48,279 nt of DNA, from positions 1 to 48,279 of the IMG/VR virus record IMGVR_UViG_3300017446_000001; one strand, 5' to 3'. Within the stretch, counting starts at the first letter, position 1, and every line of letters begins with the position of its first letter. Source of the stretch: a virus. Below are positions 47,853-48,279 of the stretch, piece after piece. Made by a program: the position numbers and the translations under genes. The notes below the pieces were generated by a model. That model was not told where the DNA came from, did not search any database, and was given only the letters and a program-made list of their open reading frames with translations.

Positions 47853-48279
47853 GCGAACTGCGCTCCCATCACATCCGTCCAGATGGCGCCGGTCTTGGTG
47901 GCCGGACGGTTGTTGCGATCCATCACCTGCACCACCGTGCCTTCCGGCGCCGTGGCCGCCAGGTTTGTCAGGTCCGCGAACGACACCCGCGGCGGCACGA
48001 CACCCACGCGGTTGTAGGTGGTCTTGGTCGCACCGCTGCCCACCTCCACACCCGCGCCGCTGACCGTCACCGCGTTGACCGCCACGGCCCGGCCGTTGAT
48101 GACGCCAGCTTCGCGCTGCGGCGTCCACAGGACGGTGCGCGCATCGAAAGCGTCAGCCTGGAACCCGCCGATCATGAAGCCCATCGCCGTCCAGCCGTAT
48201 GCCTTGCCGCTGGGCCGCACGTCGCGATTGCCCGTGAACGGATCGCGCGCAAAGCCGAAGCAGACGCCCTGCGGGTCCA
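47849..48279 (-). CDS. 3' part of the wrap-around beta-helix tailspike gene (joins 1..2419; 48157-48279 duplicates 1-123)
   Basis: The frame of the listed ORF 47849..48220 (...RPSGKAYGWTAMGFMIGGFQADAFDARTVLWTPQREAGVINGRAV...) is continuous with the frame open at base 1. Combined length is 2419 + 308 = 2727 nt, or 909 codons. Confidence 0.8.
   Translation of the reverse strand, partial: DPQGVCFGFARDPFTGNRDVRPSGKAYGWTAMGFMIGGFQADAFDARTVLWTPQREAGVINGRAVAVNAVTVSGAGVEVGSGATKTTYNRVGVVPPRVSFADLTNLAATAPEGTVVQVMDRNNRPATKTGAIWTDVMGAQFA
48157..48279. repeat. Terminal direct duplication, copy 2 (identical to 1-123)
   Basis: Direct comparison of the two window ends. Confidence 0.95.

Noticed and set aside
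45097-48063. A very long plus-strand ORF (988 aa), and similar long ORFs antisense to called genes: 42585-44645 +, 8328-9875 +, 33577-35235 +, 6584-7978 +, 20066-21757 -, 24761-26347 -, 27286-28791 -, 18991-20001 -, 278-1513 + and 1883-2923 +.
   Set aside because: They are extremely Arg/Gly/His/Pro-rich, lack an RBS, and lie exactly opposite genes with clear homology-type motifs such as the tail proteins, terL, portal, SNF2, PolA and primase. They are the typical stop-codon-poor shadow frames of high-G+C DNA.
1-48279. A diversity-generating retroelement, integrase/attP, CI-Cro lysogeny switch, tRNA genes, CRISPR array, toxin-antitoxin pairs, IS elements or homing endonucleases.
   Set aside because: I saw no reverse-transcriptase, recombinase or HNH/LAGLIDADG-type motifs in any credible frame. 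There is no template/variable repeat pair in the tail fiber genes, no tRNA-like T-loop (GGTTCGAATCC-type) sequences, and no regularly spaced repeat-spacer array. Absence is based on reading by eye, not on profile searches.

Overview
The window is a complete, circularly closed phage genome. Bases 1-123 recur exactly at 48157-48279, so the unique length is 48,156 bp, and one gene reads through the junction. It is a high-G+C tailed phage with a T7/podovirus-type virion gene order: gp7.3-like protein, portal, scaffold, capsid, tail tubular A and B, gp13/gp14-like and large internal virion proteins, tailspike. I found no phage RNA polymerase, integrase, repressor-type lysogeny module, tRNA, CRISPR array or transposon.

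The genome has two arms.
- The plus-strand early and replication arm runs 13558-29733. It holds about 17 small early genes in several short promoter units, then an XRE-HTH protein, RuvC-like resolvase, SNF2 helicase, Cas4-like DUF2800 nuclease, DUF2815-type SSB, family A DNA polymerase, a stand-alone winged-helix protein and a PrimPol-helicase.
- The minus-strand late arm runs from 12563 down through base 1, wraps to 48156, and continues to 29723. It holds four small genes, TerS, endolysin, TerL, head genes, an extra block of large glycan-enzyme-like tail proteins, tail and ejection genes, a tailspike and two lysis-like genes.

The arms diverge from a roughly 1 kb non-coding control region (12564-13557) and converge with an 11-bp gene overlap at 29723-29733.

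I did not recognise a defence or anti-defence system. The features not explained by ordinary annotation are mainly regulatory:
- a recurrent 17-bp motif at the early promoters
- a duplicated promoter-leader cassette
- stop-codon-embedded hairpin elements with compensatory stem changes
- a repeat-dense non-coding region

There are also several architectural oddities:
- a DnaJ-type zinc finger inside PolA
- endolysin placed between terS and terL
- three depolymerase-like tail proteins
- short coupled ORFs under 60 aa that the ORF track misses

Many long ORFs in the track are antisense shadow ORFs typical of high-G+C DNA and are not called. All functional calls come from motif recognition by eye, not from database searches.
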